A DNA stretch of 63,876 nt, filler included, from Lama guanicoe (taxonomy: Eukaryota): the NCBI GenBank assembly GCA_013239625.1. It is 79 parts of 78 records of this genome, joined end to end, with 100 filler letters (N's around TTAATTAATTAA, not from the genome) between each part and the next. Parts side by side here need not be neighbours in the genome. Positions count along the whole stretch, not along the records: positions 1 to 477 come from MU055440.1; positions 578 to 1,125 come from PNXV01013744.1; positions 1,226 to 1,616 come from PNXV01013746.1; positions 1,717 to 2,103 come from MU055441.1; positions 2,204 to 3,147 come from PNXV01013757.1; positions 3,248 to 3,770 come from PNXV01013759.1; positions 3,871 to 4,864 come from PNXV01013760.1; positions 4,965 to 5,760 come from PNXV01013761.1; 71 more parts are not named here. One strand, given 5' to 3'. The first letter of the stretch is position 1; every line of letters begins with the position of its first letter. The notes beneath the pieces are model-generated. The model did no database searches. It was not told where the DNA came from and worked only from the letters and a program-made list of their open reading frames with translations. Positions 1-12,189 of the stretch are shown in pieces. The position numbers and the translations under genes were made by a program.

Positions 1-477
1 TAATCGTGTCAACCCTCCTGTAGCAGACGAATCCCTGAGCTGCATACATGTACCCATATGTACTCAGAATTCTCTGAGATGAGATTGATACGATGTTGGT
101 AGTGAAGATGTAAAATATATAAAAGATGCATCCAAAGTATACAGGTATATTGTTAACAACTCGCTCCCGGGGCAAAATGCTCCAATTTGTAGCATTGCTC
201 ANNNNNNNNNNNNNNNNNNNNNNNNNNNNNNNNNNNNNNNNNNNNNNNNNNNNNNNNNNNNNNNNNNNNNNNNNNNNNNNNNAAAAAGGACAATTGGCTT
301 TTTAAAGCCAACTTAACTCTAATTTAGCGTACTAATGGAAACATCCAAAGTATATTAACATAATTACTCAAGGCAAAAGAAGATTCGAATTGAAATTCAA
401 CAAAATTATAGGACATCACAATTCAGATAGCCTTAATTAAGGTCATTATCCTAACATAACAGTTCTCAAAATGTGTT

Positions 478-577
478 NNNNNNNNNNNNNNNNNNNNNNN
501 NNNNNNNNNNNNNNNNNNNNNTTAATTAATTAANNNNNNNNNNNNNNNNNNNNNNNNNNNNNNNNNNNNNNNNNNNN
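478..577. other. Artificial contig-joining linker N44-TTAATTAATTAA-N44 (first of about 78 copies; last core at 63647-63658)
   Basis: Identical 12-mer at 522-533 flanked by exactly 44 N on each side (100 bp). It recurs every 0.5-1.6 kb between unrelated sequences, is palindromic and gives TAA in all six frames. Confidence 0.98.
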
Positions 578-1125
578 AATTATAAAGATCAGGGAGGAAA
601 TAAATAAAATAGAGATTAAAAAAATAATAAAACCAATTAATCACACCAAGAGCTGTTTTTTTTTTTTGAAAGAGTAAACAAAATTGACAAACCTCCAGCC
701 AGGCTCACCAAGAAGAAAAGAGAGAGGACAAAAATAAAGAAAATAAGAAAGGAAAATGGAGAATGAGAAAAATGTAAGAGAATACTATGAACAACTATAT
801 GGCAACAAATTGGACAACCTAGAAGAAATGGACAAATTTCTAGAAATGTACAGTCCATCACATCAAACTTGATCAAGAAGAAAAAAATAATTTGAACAGA
901 CTGATCACTAGAAGTGAAATAGAATCAATAGAAAAAAAAATGAAACTCTCTGTAAACAGAAGTCCAAGACCAGATGGCACTGGGTAATTCTACCAAACAT
1001 ACAAAGAACTGACACCGATCCTTCTCAAATTCTTCAAAAAGATTAAATAGGAAAAGAACAGTCTGAAACTCATTCTATGAAGCCATCATCACCCTGATAC
1101 CAAAACCAAACAAAGATACTACCAA
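578..1125 (+). mobile_element. LINE-1 ORF2 fragment (linker/Z region to RT start), degenerate
   Basis: tatgaacaactatatggcaacaaattggacaacctagaagaaatggacaaatttctagaa (YEQLYGNKLDNLEEMDKFLE) and ctcattctatgaagccatcatcaccctgataccaaaacca (SFYEAIITLIPKP); frameshifts present. Confidence 0.95.
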
Positions 1126-1225
1126 NNNNNNNNNNNNNNNNNNNNNNNNNNNNNNNNNNNNNNNNNNNNTTAATTAATTAANNNNNNNNNNNNNNNNNNN
1201 NNNNNNNNNNNNNNNNNNNNNNNNN

Positions 1226-1436
1226 AATAACACAGTATTATATAATTGAAATGGCTAGAGAGTAGACCTTAAACACTCTCACATAAAACAAGGCAAATGT
1301 GTGAAGTGACGGGTGTGTGAATTACTTCAGTGGAAAAATACTTTCCAAATGTGTACATATATCAAATCATCAAATACTCTAAATATCTTAAAGTTTTACA
1401 TGACAAGTTACTTCAGTAAAGCTGAAAAAAGAAAAA
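1226..1436 (+). mobile_element. Old LINE-1 3' UTR and A-tail (L1MA/L1MB-like)
   Basis: gctagagagtagaccttaaacactctcac...atcaaatcatc...cttcagtaaagctgaaaaaa is a typical old L1 3' end. Confidence 0.7.
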
Positions 1437-1716
1437 CCACAAAAATGTAGGATAATAATGAAAAATGTGAAGAACAGACTCCATAATTTATGAAACTTCA
1501 GGAATTACTAAATTCTTAGACAATGCATATTGTATATTATCATATGTACAGAGAACATGTGCAGAGAATATGTGCAGTATGGTGAAATCAGGAATGATTC
1601 AATGAAGAATATTGAANNNNNNNNNNNNNNNNNNNNNNNNNNNNNNNNNNNNNNNNNNNNTTAATTAATTAANNNNNNNNNNNNNNNNNNNNNNNNNNNN
1701 NNNNNNNNNNNNNNNN

Positions 1717-2103
1717 TTAGATTCAGATATTTCAAACATTTTGAGTTTATTTTTGTACAGTGTGAAGTAGTGTTCTAATTTCATTCATTTACATGTAGCT
1801 CTCTAGCTTTCCAACATCACTTGCTGAATACTGTCTTTTAGGCGTTGTATATTTTTGTTTCCTTTGTCATAATTTAGTTGACCATACGTGTGATGTTTTA
1901 TTTCTGCCTCTGTGTTCTTTTCCGGTGATATGGATGTGTTCGTTTTCCTGTATTGTGCTGTTTTGATTACTGATTTAGATCTAGGAGGTGGCTATGAGTC
2001 CAAAATTGTTCATTTTCCTCTTGTTTCTTTTGCAGTTCTGGTACTTTTGCAGTTCCATACAAATCTTAGGACTCTTTTAATTACTTTGAAAAGTATCATA
2101 TCA
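1717..2103 (-). mobile_element. LINE-1 ORF2 fragment (antisense)
   Basis: cattttgagtttatttttgta...ttctaatttcattc...ttccaacatcacttgctgaa...ttccatacaaatcttagg are antisense L1 ORF2 hallmarks. Confidence 0.9.
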
Positions 2104-2203
2104 NNNNNNNNNNNNNNNNNNNNNNNNNNNNNNNNNNNNNNNNNNNNTTAATTAATTAANNNNNNNNNNNNNNNNNNNNNNNNNNNNNNNNNNNNNNNNN
2201 NNN

Positions 2204-2877
2204 AGACCATCACATCGACTGGCTGTGCCTTACAACTCTATGTGTCCCTGTCACTGGGTTCCACTGAGTGTGTTCTCCTTACCTTCAAGGCTTTTGACCA
2301 CTATGTAGTGGTCTACAGACCTCTCAGTTACACTAGTGTCATACGCCCATCACTTTGCAAGGCCTTAGCAGGAATAGCCTGGCTAAGTGGAGTAGGAAAC
2401 ACTCTCGTCCAAGGAACCCTCACCCTTTGGCTTCCTTAATGTGGACATTACCATCTGCACCACTCCTTATGTGAATTACCTACCATGATCACGTTGGCTT
2501 GTGTTGACATCCATACAAGTGAAGTCCAGCTTTTTGTGGCCACGTTAGTTCTCCTTCTTCTTCCTATGGCATTGATATTCGTATCCTGTGGATTCATTGT
2601 GCAAGCGGTGAGAAAAATTTGTCAGTCCAAGCTTGGCACCAGGCTCTTGGGACCTGTGGTTCCCATCTACTAGTGGTGTTCCTTTTTTGGGGGACAGCTC
2701 AGCCATATACATTCAACCAAAGGGCTCCTATGGCCGTAGCCAGGGCAAGTTCCTTATATATAATATAATGTTTTAGCTCCCACACTCAACCTCCTCATAT
2801 ATACTCTGAGGAACAAAAATGTGAAAGGAGCCCTGAGAAGAGAACAAAATTCCTCAGAAAACTCAGGGAAACAGTGA
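2204..2877 (+). pseudogene. Olfactory receptor pseudogene, class II, family 2-like (5' end missing at contig edge)
   Basis: Translates GCALQLYVSLSLGSTECVLL..KAFDHY (degenerate MAYDRY), CELP..LACVD, ALGTCGSHLLVV, PTLNLLIYTLRNKNVKGAL. In-frame TAA at 2437-2439 and frameshifts near 2620 and 2690-2770. Confidence 0.93.
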
Positions 2878-3920
2878 CTTTCTGTTGTGGAAAATTATAA
2901 AAGAGACATAACATTAAACAACTACTCCCAAGTATATAGTGTATGTGTTACTTACATCTCTGTATTTATATACATTATGGCTAGCATGGTTTAGAAAAAA
3001 GAAGCACATTTAGATTCATACTGTATTGCTCATGGAACCTCTTGTCTGTGTGCATGCACATGTGTTAAAAACATGTTCGCACTTTCTCTTATCAAATATC
3101 TTTGAAGAGCTGCAGCATATACTAAAACTAAGAGATTTTGTGATCTANNNNNNNNNNNNNNNNNNNNNNNNNNNNNNNNNNNNNNNNNNNNTTAATTAAT
3201 TAANNNNNNNNNNNNNNNNNNNNNNNNNNNNNNNNNNNNNNNNNNNNAAAAAATTTAATCTTTGCAAACTACTGAGATTTTGGGGCTGTTTGTTATATTA
3301 TATCATATATATGTTTAGCTTAAGCTGACTGACTCAGGGAATGAGGTAAAATATGCCTAAAACTGAACTCCTCTATGTTCTCTGAAAATCTTTTATACTT
3401 ACAGTCTGGCTTGTGTCAGTTTATGTTAATGCAGAGTCTGTCTCTTGGCCAAAAACCTCTGCGTGATCTTTCAGGCCCCGCTACAGACAGTTACACCTGG
3501 CAGGACTTGGGGGAAAGCTGCCCTCCCCATGACAGACGTGGAGCACAGCCTGTGCATTGCAGTCTCCAAAAGGGAGTTGCAATCAAGGACTCAGCCTTCC
3601 CTGGTGGCCTACAGTCTTACACTTCCTCCACCCTCCTAGCCTCCCTTCTCAGCGCCCTCAGCCATGGCCTTCCCTGGTGTCTCTACCAAGGCCTCTTTAT
3701 TGAGGGGAGTGGGGGGAACTTAGATACTTTCCCCCACTCGGACTCAGTATTTAACACTTTTTCATTCCTANNNNNNNNNNNNNNNNNNNNNNNNNNNNNN
3801 NNNNNNNNNNNNNNTTAATTAATTAANNNNNNNNNNNNNNNNNNNNNNNNNNNNNNNNNNNNNNNNNNNNATGGATTGTGTAGTACCACAATAATTACTA
3901 TTGTAAAAAAATTTGCATAG

Positions 3921-3967
3921 AAGTGGACCTGCACAATTCAAATGTGTGTTGTTCAAGGGCCAATTGT
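3921..3967. mobile_element. Tigger2-like (TcMar) terminal fragment
   Basis: aagtggacctgcacaattcaaatgtgtgttgttcaagggccaattg followed by TA resembles the Tigger2 terminus. Confidence 0.6.
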
Positions 3968-3979
3968 ATAATGTATTTT

Positions 3980-4864
3980 ATGAGGAAAAGTGCTGGTGTA
4001 ATTATTTGAGTTGAGAACGGAATATCTACTTTTTGTGGAACAGCTGTTTTACTTAAAAATATGCTATTACTCAGATGTGGCTATCTAGTAGACATTTTCT
4101 TGAACAACATGAACCTGTCAATTCAAAGAAAACATCTGCCAAATACTTGTTACCAAGGATAAATTTCAGGCTGTCAACTATAAGTCATTATGTTGGAAAG
4201 CTTGTATTTGCTACTGTGAGCTTGTCAACTTCCCCATACTTAATGACTTTTATGATGAGTTTACTGGTGATGCTAACAAATGTGGGTTTGGGGTTTTTAG
4301 AAAGTATTGTATATGGAAATGTGTCAAAATTTGGAAGACCTGTGTACACCAGAGAACTGTTACTTTCAGCAATAACTGTTGTTATTGTATGGCCAGTACA
4401 TAATAATACCAAAAAATACATGGGTAAATATTTAAATAGACCATTGGATTTTATGTAACAGTGGACAGAAGTTCATTGTTATGATCTCAGATTTTATATT
4501 GCAACCAACTGCTTAGGAACAACCAATTGTCAAACTGCAACTATCTGTTTAGGAACTACCAATTGTTCAGTCTGGGTGTAGTGTTAATGAAGAATAGCCA
4601 TAAAGATCTAAAAAGGCTTTTAAAATACTTCTCTTTCAAACTACATATATGTGTGAAGCAAGAGTTTCTTAATATATTTCAATTAAAACAACATATTGCA
4701 ACAACAGATTAAATGTAGAATCATGTAAAAATCAGCTGTCTTCTATCAAGCAAGACATTAATAAGTTTCAATCACGTATCCATGTCCCTTTTCTCATTTT
4801 TTTCTTTTCGAAAACAATTTTTTTGATAAAATATGATTTTATGTCAACATGTAATGAGTTTATT
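3980..4864 (+). mobile_element. hAT-Charlie1-like transposase relic (3' part)
   Basis: gtgagcttgtcaacttcccatacttaatgactttt, gaaatgtgtcaaaatttggaagacctg, ctacatatatgtgtgaagcaagagtttct and cagctgtcttctatcaagcaagacatt recognised as Charlie1 internal sequence. Confidence 0.75.
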
Positions 4865-4984
4865 NNNNNNNNNNNNNNNNNNNNNNNNNNNNNNNNNNNN
4901 NNNNNNNNTTAATTAATTAANNNNNNNNNNNNNNNNNNNNNNNNNNNNNNNNNNNNNNNNNNNNTTTGTAGGCGCTCTGTGTTG

Positions 4985-5128
4985 TACAATGCACTTTCGC
5001 ATCCATTATCTCAAGTGATTCTTGTAATAACCCTGTAAGGTACTCAGAATTGTATTACTTGATATTTTAAGGAGGCTAAAAAGGCTGAAGCTTAGCAGTT
5101 AGGTGACACATGCAAGGATAACACCCAG
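4985..5128 (-). mobile_element. MIR SINE relic
   Basis: cattatctcaagtgattcttgtaataaccctgtaagg...ctgaagcttagcagttaggtgac is an antisense MIR core. Confidence 0.6.
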
Positions 5129-7029
5129 TTTGTTATCTTCCTGTGTTATGGCAGGAGGTTCTGGAGTAACCACTGGAATAACACAAAGATTCCTCTAGCT
5201 TCATAATGGAAACCCAAAGCATCTCCCTAAGATGGCCTAGGAATGAGGAAGGCACAGGGCTGAAGCCGCCCTGTGGCCCAGGGGCAGAGTACAGGCAGAG
5301 TGGCGGAAAGCTTCCCCAGAGTCACAGGGAAGTAGTAGCAGCTCACGGGTGAACTCAAGACTTCACGTCCCAGCCCTTAAGTCTGCACTGAACATGTGCC
5401 AGCATTCTTTGGACAAGTTTGTATCTGTCACAGAGGTCACCAAGACTCTTTGTCACTCTCAGATTTATAAGAGCTGGTTGGTGCAACCTCTAAGAGGCTG
5501 GCATCTCAGGCTGTCATTCCAAAGTATCCTAACTGCTAAGGAGTGTAGAGTCGCCTATTGAAAGCACAGGGACCCTGTCTCCATCATATACACCAGACCC
5601 TGTCTTTGTCTCCACCCTACATTTGCTAATTTTCTTCCTGGTGGTACCAGCCTCTTGCTACTGCTAACTCCTTTCTCTCTGCCCCTCCCTGTTCTATTCC
5701 TGGATGATTTTTTTGTTTGTTTTTTCTTTAAAAATATAGCCCAAGACAATTATGCTCAGCNNNNNNNNNNNNNNNNNNNNNNNNNNNNNNNNNNNNNNNN
5801 NNNNTTAATTAATTAANNNNNNNNNNNNNNNNNNNNNNNNNNNNNNNNNNNNNNNNNNNNCCAAACAGTACAGCATTTTGCAAGGAAATGGAGATTGGCT
5901 GGAATGAATGTTACTTCTATCACAGTTAAGGTCACTTTTAAACCCTACGGTTCTAACCAAATGTAGCTTATGTGGATGCCCGTGACTCTGACAGTCTTTA
6001 GGACTAGTCACCAAATATCAAATATCCCAATACTCTTTTTCTGAGCCTGGTGCCCTCTCCCTTCCCCCCTTTCATAGTGTGGCATGACCATCAATAAAAC
6101 CTTCAGGGAAGCCCTGAGGCCACTTCAGCAAGGGATGCTTTAGGGGCGGAGCCTGATTCACCATAACCTTGCCCCTTCCCACGACTGTCAGCAATGGCAA
6201 GGAGGTGGGGCTCTGTCTGCACGGATTCCCAAGGTGAGATGGTGCGAAACAAACGCGTCCAGAATCAAGTAATAAACCAGTAACATGATCTCAAAATAAA
6301 ACTGCTGATTTTCGCCTCTAACCACTGGGTGCTGTTTGTTACTGCAGCGTGACTGGTACAGGAATAAACCGCTGTTAACAGCCACACCCCAGGCACCNNN
6401 NNNNNNNNNNNNNNNNNNNNNNNNNNNNNNNNNNNNNNNNNNNNNNNNNNNNNNNNNNNNNNNNNNNNNNNNNNNNNNNNNNNNNNNNNNNNNNNNNNNN
6501 NNNNNNNNNNNNNNNNNNNNNNNNNNNNNNNNNNNNNNNNNNNNNNNNNNNNNNNNNNNNNNNNNNNNNNNNNNNNNNNNNNNNNNNNNNNNNNNNNNNN
6601 NNNNNNNNNNNNNNNNNNNNNNNNNNNNNNNNNNNNNNNNNNNNNNNNNNNNNNNNNNNNNNNNNNNNNGTGAAAGAGAAAGCAGATGTGAGTCAGGCCT
6701 CTGAACTACTTTTGACAGATTGGGGACACACCATGAACATCTCTTTAGGAATTATTGGAAATCATTAACTATTAAGATGAAACTACAGGACACATAAATC
6801 TCTCTTCATGAAAGCCGAAAACAGGCTGCTGTTGAATTTTCTTGTGAATTTAAAATAATATAATCTGTTAGCCTCTATTACAATAAAATCAGACTACACA
6901 GAGTTGAGGTTAATTTCTCTATCTACTGANNNNNNNNNNNNNNNNNNNNNNNNNNNNNNNNNNNNNNNNNNNNTTAATTAATTAANNNNNNNNNNNNNNN
7001 NNNNNNNNNNNNNNNNNNNNNNNNNNNNN

Positions 7030-7489
7030 AGAATATAGAATACGGAATGCAGAATATAGAATTTAGCATATAGAATGGTGAACACAGAATATTCAATACA
7101 GATTACAAAATATAGAACCCTGAATTTAGAACATGGAATGCAGAACACAGAATTTAGAATATATAATACAGAATACAATGTATACAATTTAGATTATAGA
7201 ATGTAGAACACAGAATTTAGAATATAGAATAGAGAATAGGGAAAATAGAAATCTGAATTAAGAACATGGAATGCAGAACAAAGAATTTAGAGTAAAGAAT
7301 ACAGTATACTGAATATAGAATTTAGAACATTGAATGCGGAACATAGAATTTAGAATATAGAAAACAATATACTGAATATATTATTTAGAAAATGGAATGA
7401 GAGAATATACAAAAAGGAATGCAGATCTGAGGATTTAGTTTATAGAATACAGAATACTTAATATACAATTTAGAATATAGAATGTAGTA
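7030..7489 (-). repeat. Satellite A (7-bp TTCnnnn units), purine strand on +
   Basis: Tandem heptamers tatagaa/tttagaa/catggaa/tgcagaa/cacagaa. Confidence 0.95.
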
Positions 7490-7589
7490 NNNNNNNNNNN
7501 NNNNNNNNNNNNNNNNNNNNNNNNNNNNNNNNNTTAATTAATTAANNNNNNNNNNNNNNNNNNNNNNNNNNNNNNNNNNNNNNNNNNNN

Positions 7590-8082
7590 TTCTGTTTTCC
7601 ATATTCTACATTCTTTGTTCTACATTCTATACTCTGTACTCTATATTTTGCATTCCGTATTCTACATTCTATATTCTGTTTCTACATTCTATAATCTAAA
7701 TTCTTTATTCAGTATTCTGTATCCTATATTCTGAATTCTGTTTTCTGCCTTCCATGTTCTATAATCCATATTCGGTATTCTGTATTCTTTATACTAAATA
7801 CTGAATTCTGCTTTCCATGTTCTAAATTCGGGGTTCTATATTTTCTATCCTATATTCTATATTCTGTGTTCATCTTTCTATATTCTATATTCTATATTCT
7901 ATAATCTGCATTCCGAAGTCTATATACTATATTCTGTGTTCTACATACTATATTCTGTATTCAATCAATATTCTCCGTATCTAATATTCCATATTCTGTG
8001 TTCTACATTCTATATTCAGTATTCTGTATTCTTTATTCTAAATTCGGTGTTCTACTTTCCATGTTCTTAATTCTGGGTTCTA
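7590..8082 (+). repeat. Satellite A
   Basis: Tandem ttctata/ttctaaa/ttctgtg/ttccatg heptamers. Confidence 0.95.
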
Positions 8083-8182
8083 NNNNNNNNNNNNNNNNNN
8101 NNNNNNNNNNNNNNNNNNNNNNNNNNTTAATTAATTAANNNNNNNNNNNNNNNNNNNNNNNNNNNNNNNNNNNNNNNNNNNN

Positions 8183-8744
8183 AACCCCTTAGCTTGTATT
8201 TGCTGTGTGTTTCACTACGCCGGACTGCGAGTTAAAGCTGGGGGTTGCTATTGGAGGCCAAGTAGCATTGAGTGCCTCCAATAGACTGAGGAAATATTTT
8301 GAGGAATTCTCCATAAAGTGGAACACCTGTGCCCCCATTCTTCTGCGTGGGGTTGGTCTCCACACATCCCCCACACTAAAGGCTGAATTCCGGATCCTGA
8401 GTGTGGGGAAGATTCTCCAACTGACAACAGCGACTGGGTTCTAATACAATCCCTAAGTTTGCCTTCCCTGATGACTTGTCTATGCCAGAGTGCGGGGNNN
8501 NNNNNNNNNNNNGGGTTCAGCCAAACAAGTACAATCGAGTGCCTCTCCACGGGATGTGGAGGTCTTTAAACTGCAATCCACAACCTGTGAATACCTGTGC
8601 CCCTTGCAAGATGTGTAGATCTGTTTCCCCAACCCAAGCACACACACGAAGAACTCTTCGGGTATCCTAAGTGTTGGGAGGCTCCTCAAACTGATCGCAG
8701 CACCTGGGATCTAATAGAATCTCTTGGATTGACATCCCTGATTG
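8183..8744 (-). repeat. Diverged relative of satellite B (~267-bp monomer)
   Basis: Shares ggaacacctgtg, ctgcgtgg, atcctgagtgtgggga and tgggttcta..aat.cctaag in the same order as satellite B. Confidence 0.8.
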
Positions 8745-8844
8745 NNNNNNNNNNNNNNNNNNNNNNNNNNNNNNNNNNNNNNNNNNNNTTAATTAATTAA
8801 NNNNNNNNNNNNNNNNNNNNNNNNNNNNNNNNNNNNNNNNNNNN

Positions 8845-9474
8845 TCTGTTCAGTGGCAAACTCCACACCATACATATATATGGGGAGGTACAACTCCAAC
8901 TCAGTTTTACAGGGAATAAAGCAGGAACTTCAAACCGGAACTTGAAAACAGACTGAGAAACCAGAGAAAGTGTTTCTCCTGCAACCCGTTCCCTTTGTGC
9001 TGGATGAAAGAACGTCTGTCCACATGCTCAGTTCTGAGAGATAAGTGTGTATGAAAGCCGTCCTTCACCTAGCTTGAAGGGAACACAAAGTTTCTGTTCA
9101 GTGGCAAACTCCAAACCATACATATATATGGGGAGGTACAAGCTCCAACTCAGTTTTAAATAGAGCAGGAACTTCAAACCGGAACTAGGAAACAGACTGA
9201 GAAACCACCGTAAGTGTTTCTCCTGCAAACCGTTCCCTTTGTGCTGGATGTACGAACGTCTCTCCACATGCTCAGTTCTGAGAGATAAGTGTGTGTGAAA
9301 GCCGTCCTTCAGCTAGCTTGAAGGGAACACACAGTTTCTTTTCAGTTGCAAACTCCATTCCATACACAATTAAGGGGAGGTACAGGCTCCAACATGGTTT
9401 TTCTGTGAAAACCGCAGGAACGTCGAACCGGCACTAGGAAACAGACTGAGAAACCAGAGAAAGAGTTTCTCCTG
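8845..9474 (+). repeat. Satellite C (~248-bp monomer)
   Basis: tctgttcagtggcaaactcca at 8845 and 9093 (period 248). Confidence 0.95.
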
Positions 9475-9574
9475 NNNNNNNNNNNNNNNNNNNNNNNNNN
9501 NNNNNNNNNNNNNNNNNNTTAATTAATTAANNNNNNNNNNNNNNNNNNNNNNNNNNNNNNNNNNNNNNNNNNNN

Positions 9575-10122
9575 TCCTCCAACAGACAGCAGCACCTGGG
9601 TTTTAATAGAATCCCTTAGCATGTCTTCCCTAAGTGTTTCCCTAAGTCTAGCAGTAAGCGATGGTGGGGGATGGGCTCTAAAGCCAAGTATTAGCGAGTG
9701 CATCTCTGTGGTTAGTGGAGGGTTTTAAACTACTTCCCCAACCTTGGAACACCTGTGCCCCATAAAGATGCGTGGAATCTGTGTCCCTACCTCCAGCACA
9801 CACACGGAGACGTGCTCAGGTATCCTGATTGTGGGGAGAGGGGAGGCTCCTCCAAATGACAGCAGCGCCTGGGATCTAATAGAATCCCTTAGCTTGTCTT
9901 CCCTGATGGCATGCCTAGGCTGGAGAGTGGGGGAAAGTGGGGGTTGGGCTCTAAACCAAGTATTAGCGAGAGCCTAGCCATGGGATGTGGGTTTTTAACT
10001 TACAACCCACAACCATGGAATAAATGTGCCCCTGGAAGATGCTTTGGCTGTTTCCCTACATCCAGCACACACGCGAAGATTTGTTATTGTATTCTGAGTG
10101 TGGGGAAGTTCCTCAAACTGAC
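9575..10122 (-). repeat. Diverged relative of satellite B
   Basis: tcctcc/aaa.tgacagcagc.cctggg anchor at 9575, 9848 and 10110 (periods 273 and 262); B-type motifs retained. Confidence 0.85.
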
Positions 10123-10222
10123 NNNNNNNNNNNNNNNNNNNNNNNNNNNNNNNNNNNNNNNNNNNNTTAATTAATTAANNNNNNNNNNNNNNNNNNNNNN
10201 NNNNNNNNNNNNNNNNNNNNNN

Positions 10223-10771
10223 TATTCTGTATTCTATTTTCTAAATTTTGTGTTCTATATTCTATATTCTACATTCTATATTCACTATTATGTATTCTAT
10301 AATCTAAATTCTGGGCTCAGTATTCCAAGTTCTAAATTCTCTATCTATATTCTATATTCTGTGTTCTGCTTTCTATATTCTAAATTCTATATTCAGTATT
10401 CTGTATTCTATATTCTAAATTCTGTGTTCTGCACTCCATGTTCTCCATTCTATATTCAGTATTCTGTATTCCATATTCTAATTTCTGTGTTCTGACTTTC
10501 TATTTTCTAAGTTCTATGATCAGTATACTGTATTATATATTCTAATTACTGTGTTTTGCATTCCATGTTCTTAATTCTTGGTTCTATAATCTATATTCTA
10601 TATTCTATACTTGTGTTCTACATTCTATATTCTAAATACTATATTCAGCTTTCTGTATTCTATGTTATAAATTCTGTATTCTACATTCTATATTCTAAAT
10701 TCTATATTCAGTATTAGGTAATCTATATTCAAAATTCTGTGTTCTGCATTCTATATTCTAAAGTCTATATT
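10223..10771 (+). repeat. Satellite A
   Basis: Heptamer array; ttcagta at 10392 and 10455 (63-bp subperiod). Confidence 0.95.
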
Positions 10772-10871
10772 NNNNNNNNNNNNNNNNNNNNNNNNNNNNN
10801 NNNNNNNNNNNNNNNTTAATTAATTAANNNNNNNNNNNNNNNNNNNNNNNNNNNNNNNNNNNNNNNNNNNN

Positions 10872-11258
10872 AGGTCCAGGAGTGTGCAGGCCCCGGAGTG
10901 TGCAGACAGAGGAGTATGCAATACAAGGAGTGTGCAGGCTCAGGCCAAGTCAGGCCCTGGATTTTGCAGGCCCTGGAGTGTACAGGCCGATGTGTGTGCA
11001 GGCCCTAGTGTTTGCAGGCCCAGGATTGTGCAGGCCCAGGAGTATGCAGACAGAGGAGTGTTGAGGCCAAGGAGGGTGCAGGTCCAGGCCAGGGAAGGCC
11101 CAGGAGAGTTCAGGCCCGGGAGAGTGTCGGCAAGTGTGTCGGCTGGGAGCAGGCCCAGGAGTGTGCCGGCACAGGAGGGAGTACGCTCAGGGGTGTGCAG
11201 GCCAAGGAGTGTGCAGACCGGAGTGTGCAGAGACAGGAGAGTGCAGGCCCAGTCCAGT
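10872..11258 (+). repeat. Satellite/minisatellite D, 16-bp GC-rich unit AGGCCCAGGAGTGTGC
   Basis: aggtccaggagtgtgc, aggccccggagtgtgc, agacagaggagtatgc, aggccctggagtgtac, aggcccaggattgtgc and similar units fill the whole contig. Confidence 0.9.
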
Positions 11259-11358
11259 NNNNNNNNNNNNNNNNNNNNNNNNNNNNNNNNNNNNNNNNNN
11301 NNTTAATTAATTAANNNNNNNNNNNNNNNNNNNNNNNNNNNNNNNNNNNNNNNNNNNN

Positions 11359-12089
11359 TACAGCAAGTAATTTTCCATACACAAAATTATGAAACTATGC
11401 ATCAAATGTAGAGAGAAGAACAGGAAAACCACAAACATGAGATTAAACTACATCCTTTAAAAAAATAAAATAAAACAAGGTCAATGATGAAATCAAAGAG
11501 TTAATGAAAACATACGTAGAATCAAATTACAATGAAAAGAGCTTCATTAAATTTATGGGATGCAGCAAAGGCAAATCTAAGGGGGAAGTTTAGAGCAATT
11601 CAGGCCTTCTACAAGGAAAAAGGAAACCTCGCACAAAGGACCAAGCTTGCCACCCAAAAATAAAGTGAAAACAAACAAAACCTAAAGGCAGTAGAAAGAG
11701 AAATCTTTAATGATTAGGTTGAAAATAAATACAATCAAATTAAAAAATAAATTAAAATTCATAAAAAAGACAGCTTTTATTTTCTTAAAAATTTTAACAA
11801 ATTGATAAGAATTTAGCCAGGCTTATGAAGAAATACAGGGAGTGGACCCCCCAAAAATAGTAAATGAAACAGTAGAAATAATATCAGATATTACAGAAAT
11901 ACAAACAAAGATTATGAAAGCACTCTGAGCAGTTACATGACAACCAACTGGACGATCTTAAAGAAATGGATAAATTTCTTGAAACGTACAGCCGGCCAAC
12001 ACTGAATAAAGAGAAAACTGAAAACTTGAAAAGAACAATTTGTGCAAGTTAAATAAAATGTATAATTTTAAAAACACCCCTTGAACAAA
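11359..12089 (+). mobile_element. LINE-1 ORF2 fragment (end of endonuclease to Z region), degenerate
   Basis: ttatgggatgcagcaaaggca..ctaagggggaagtttagagca (LWDAAKA.LRGKF.A) and ctggacgatcttaaagaaatggataaatttcttgaaac. Confidence 0.92.
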
Positions 12090-12189
12090 NNNNNNNNNNN
12101 NNNNNNNNNNNNNNNNNNNNNNNNNNNNNNNNNTTAATTAATTAANNNNNNNNNNNNNNNNNNNNNNNNNNNNNNNNNNNNNNNNNNNN

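Noticed and set aside
431..442. Natural palindrome ccttaattaagg resembling the linker core
   Set aside because: A single 12-bp occurrence in AT-rich DNA is consistent with chance.
7030..7489. Heat-shock-element array (GAA repeats) in satellite A
   Set aside because: The GAA units are direct repeats at 7-bp spacing, not the alternating inverted nGAAn pentamers that HSF1 requires.
10884..11314. ORFs with repeated GVCRPR/ECAGPG motifs
   Set aside because: Products of the 16-bp tandem repeat read in shifting frames.
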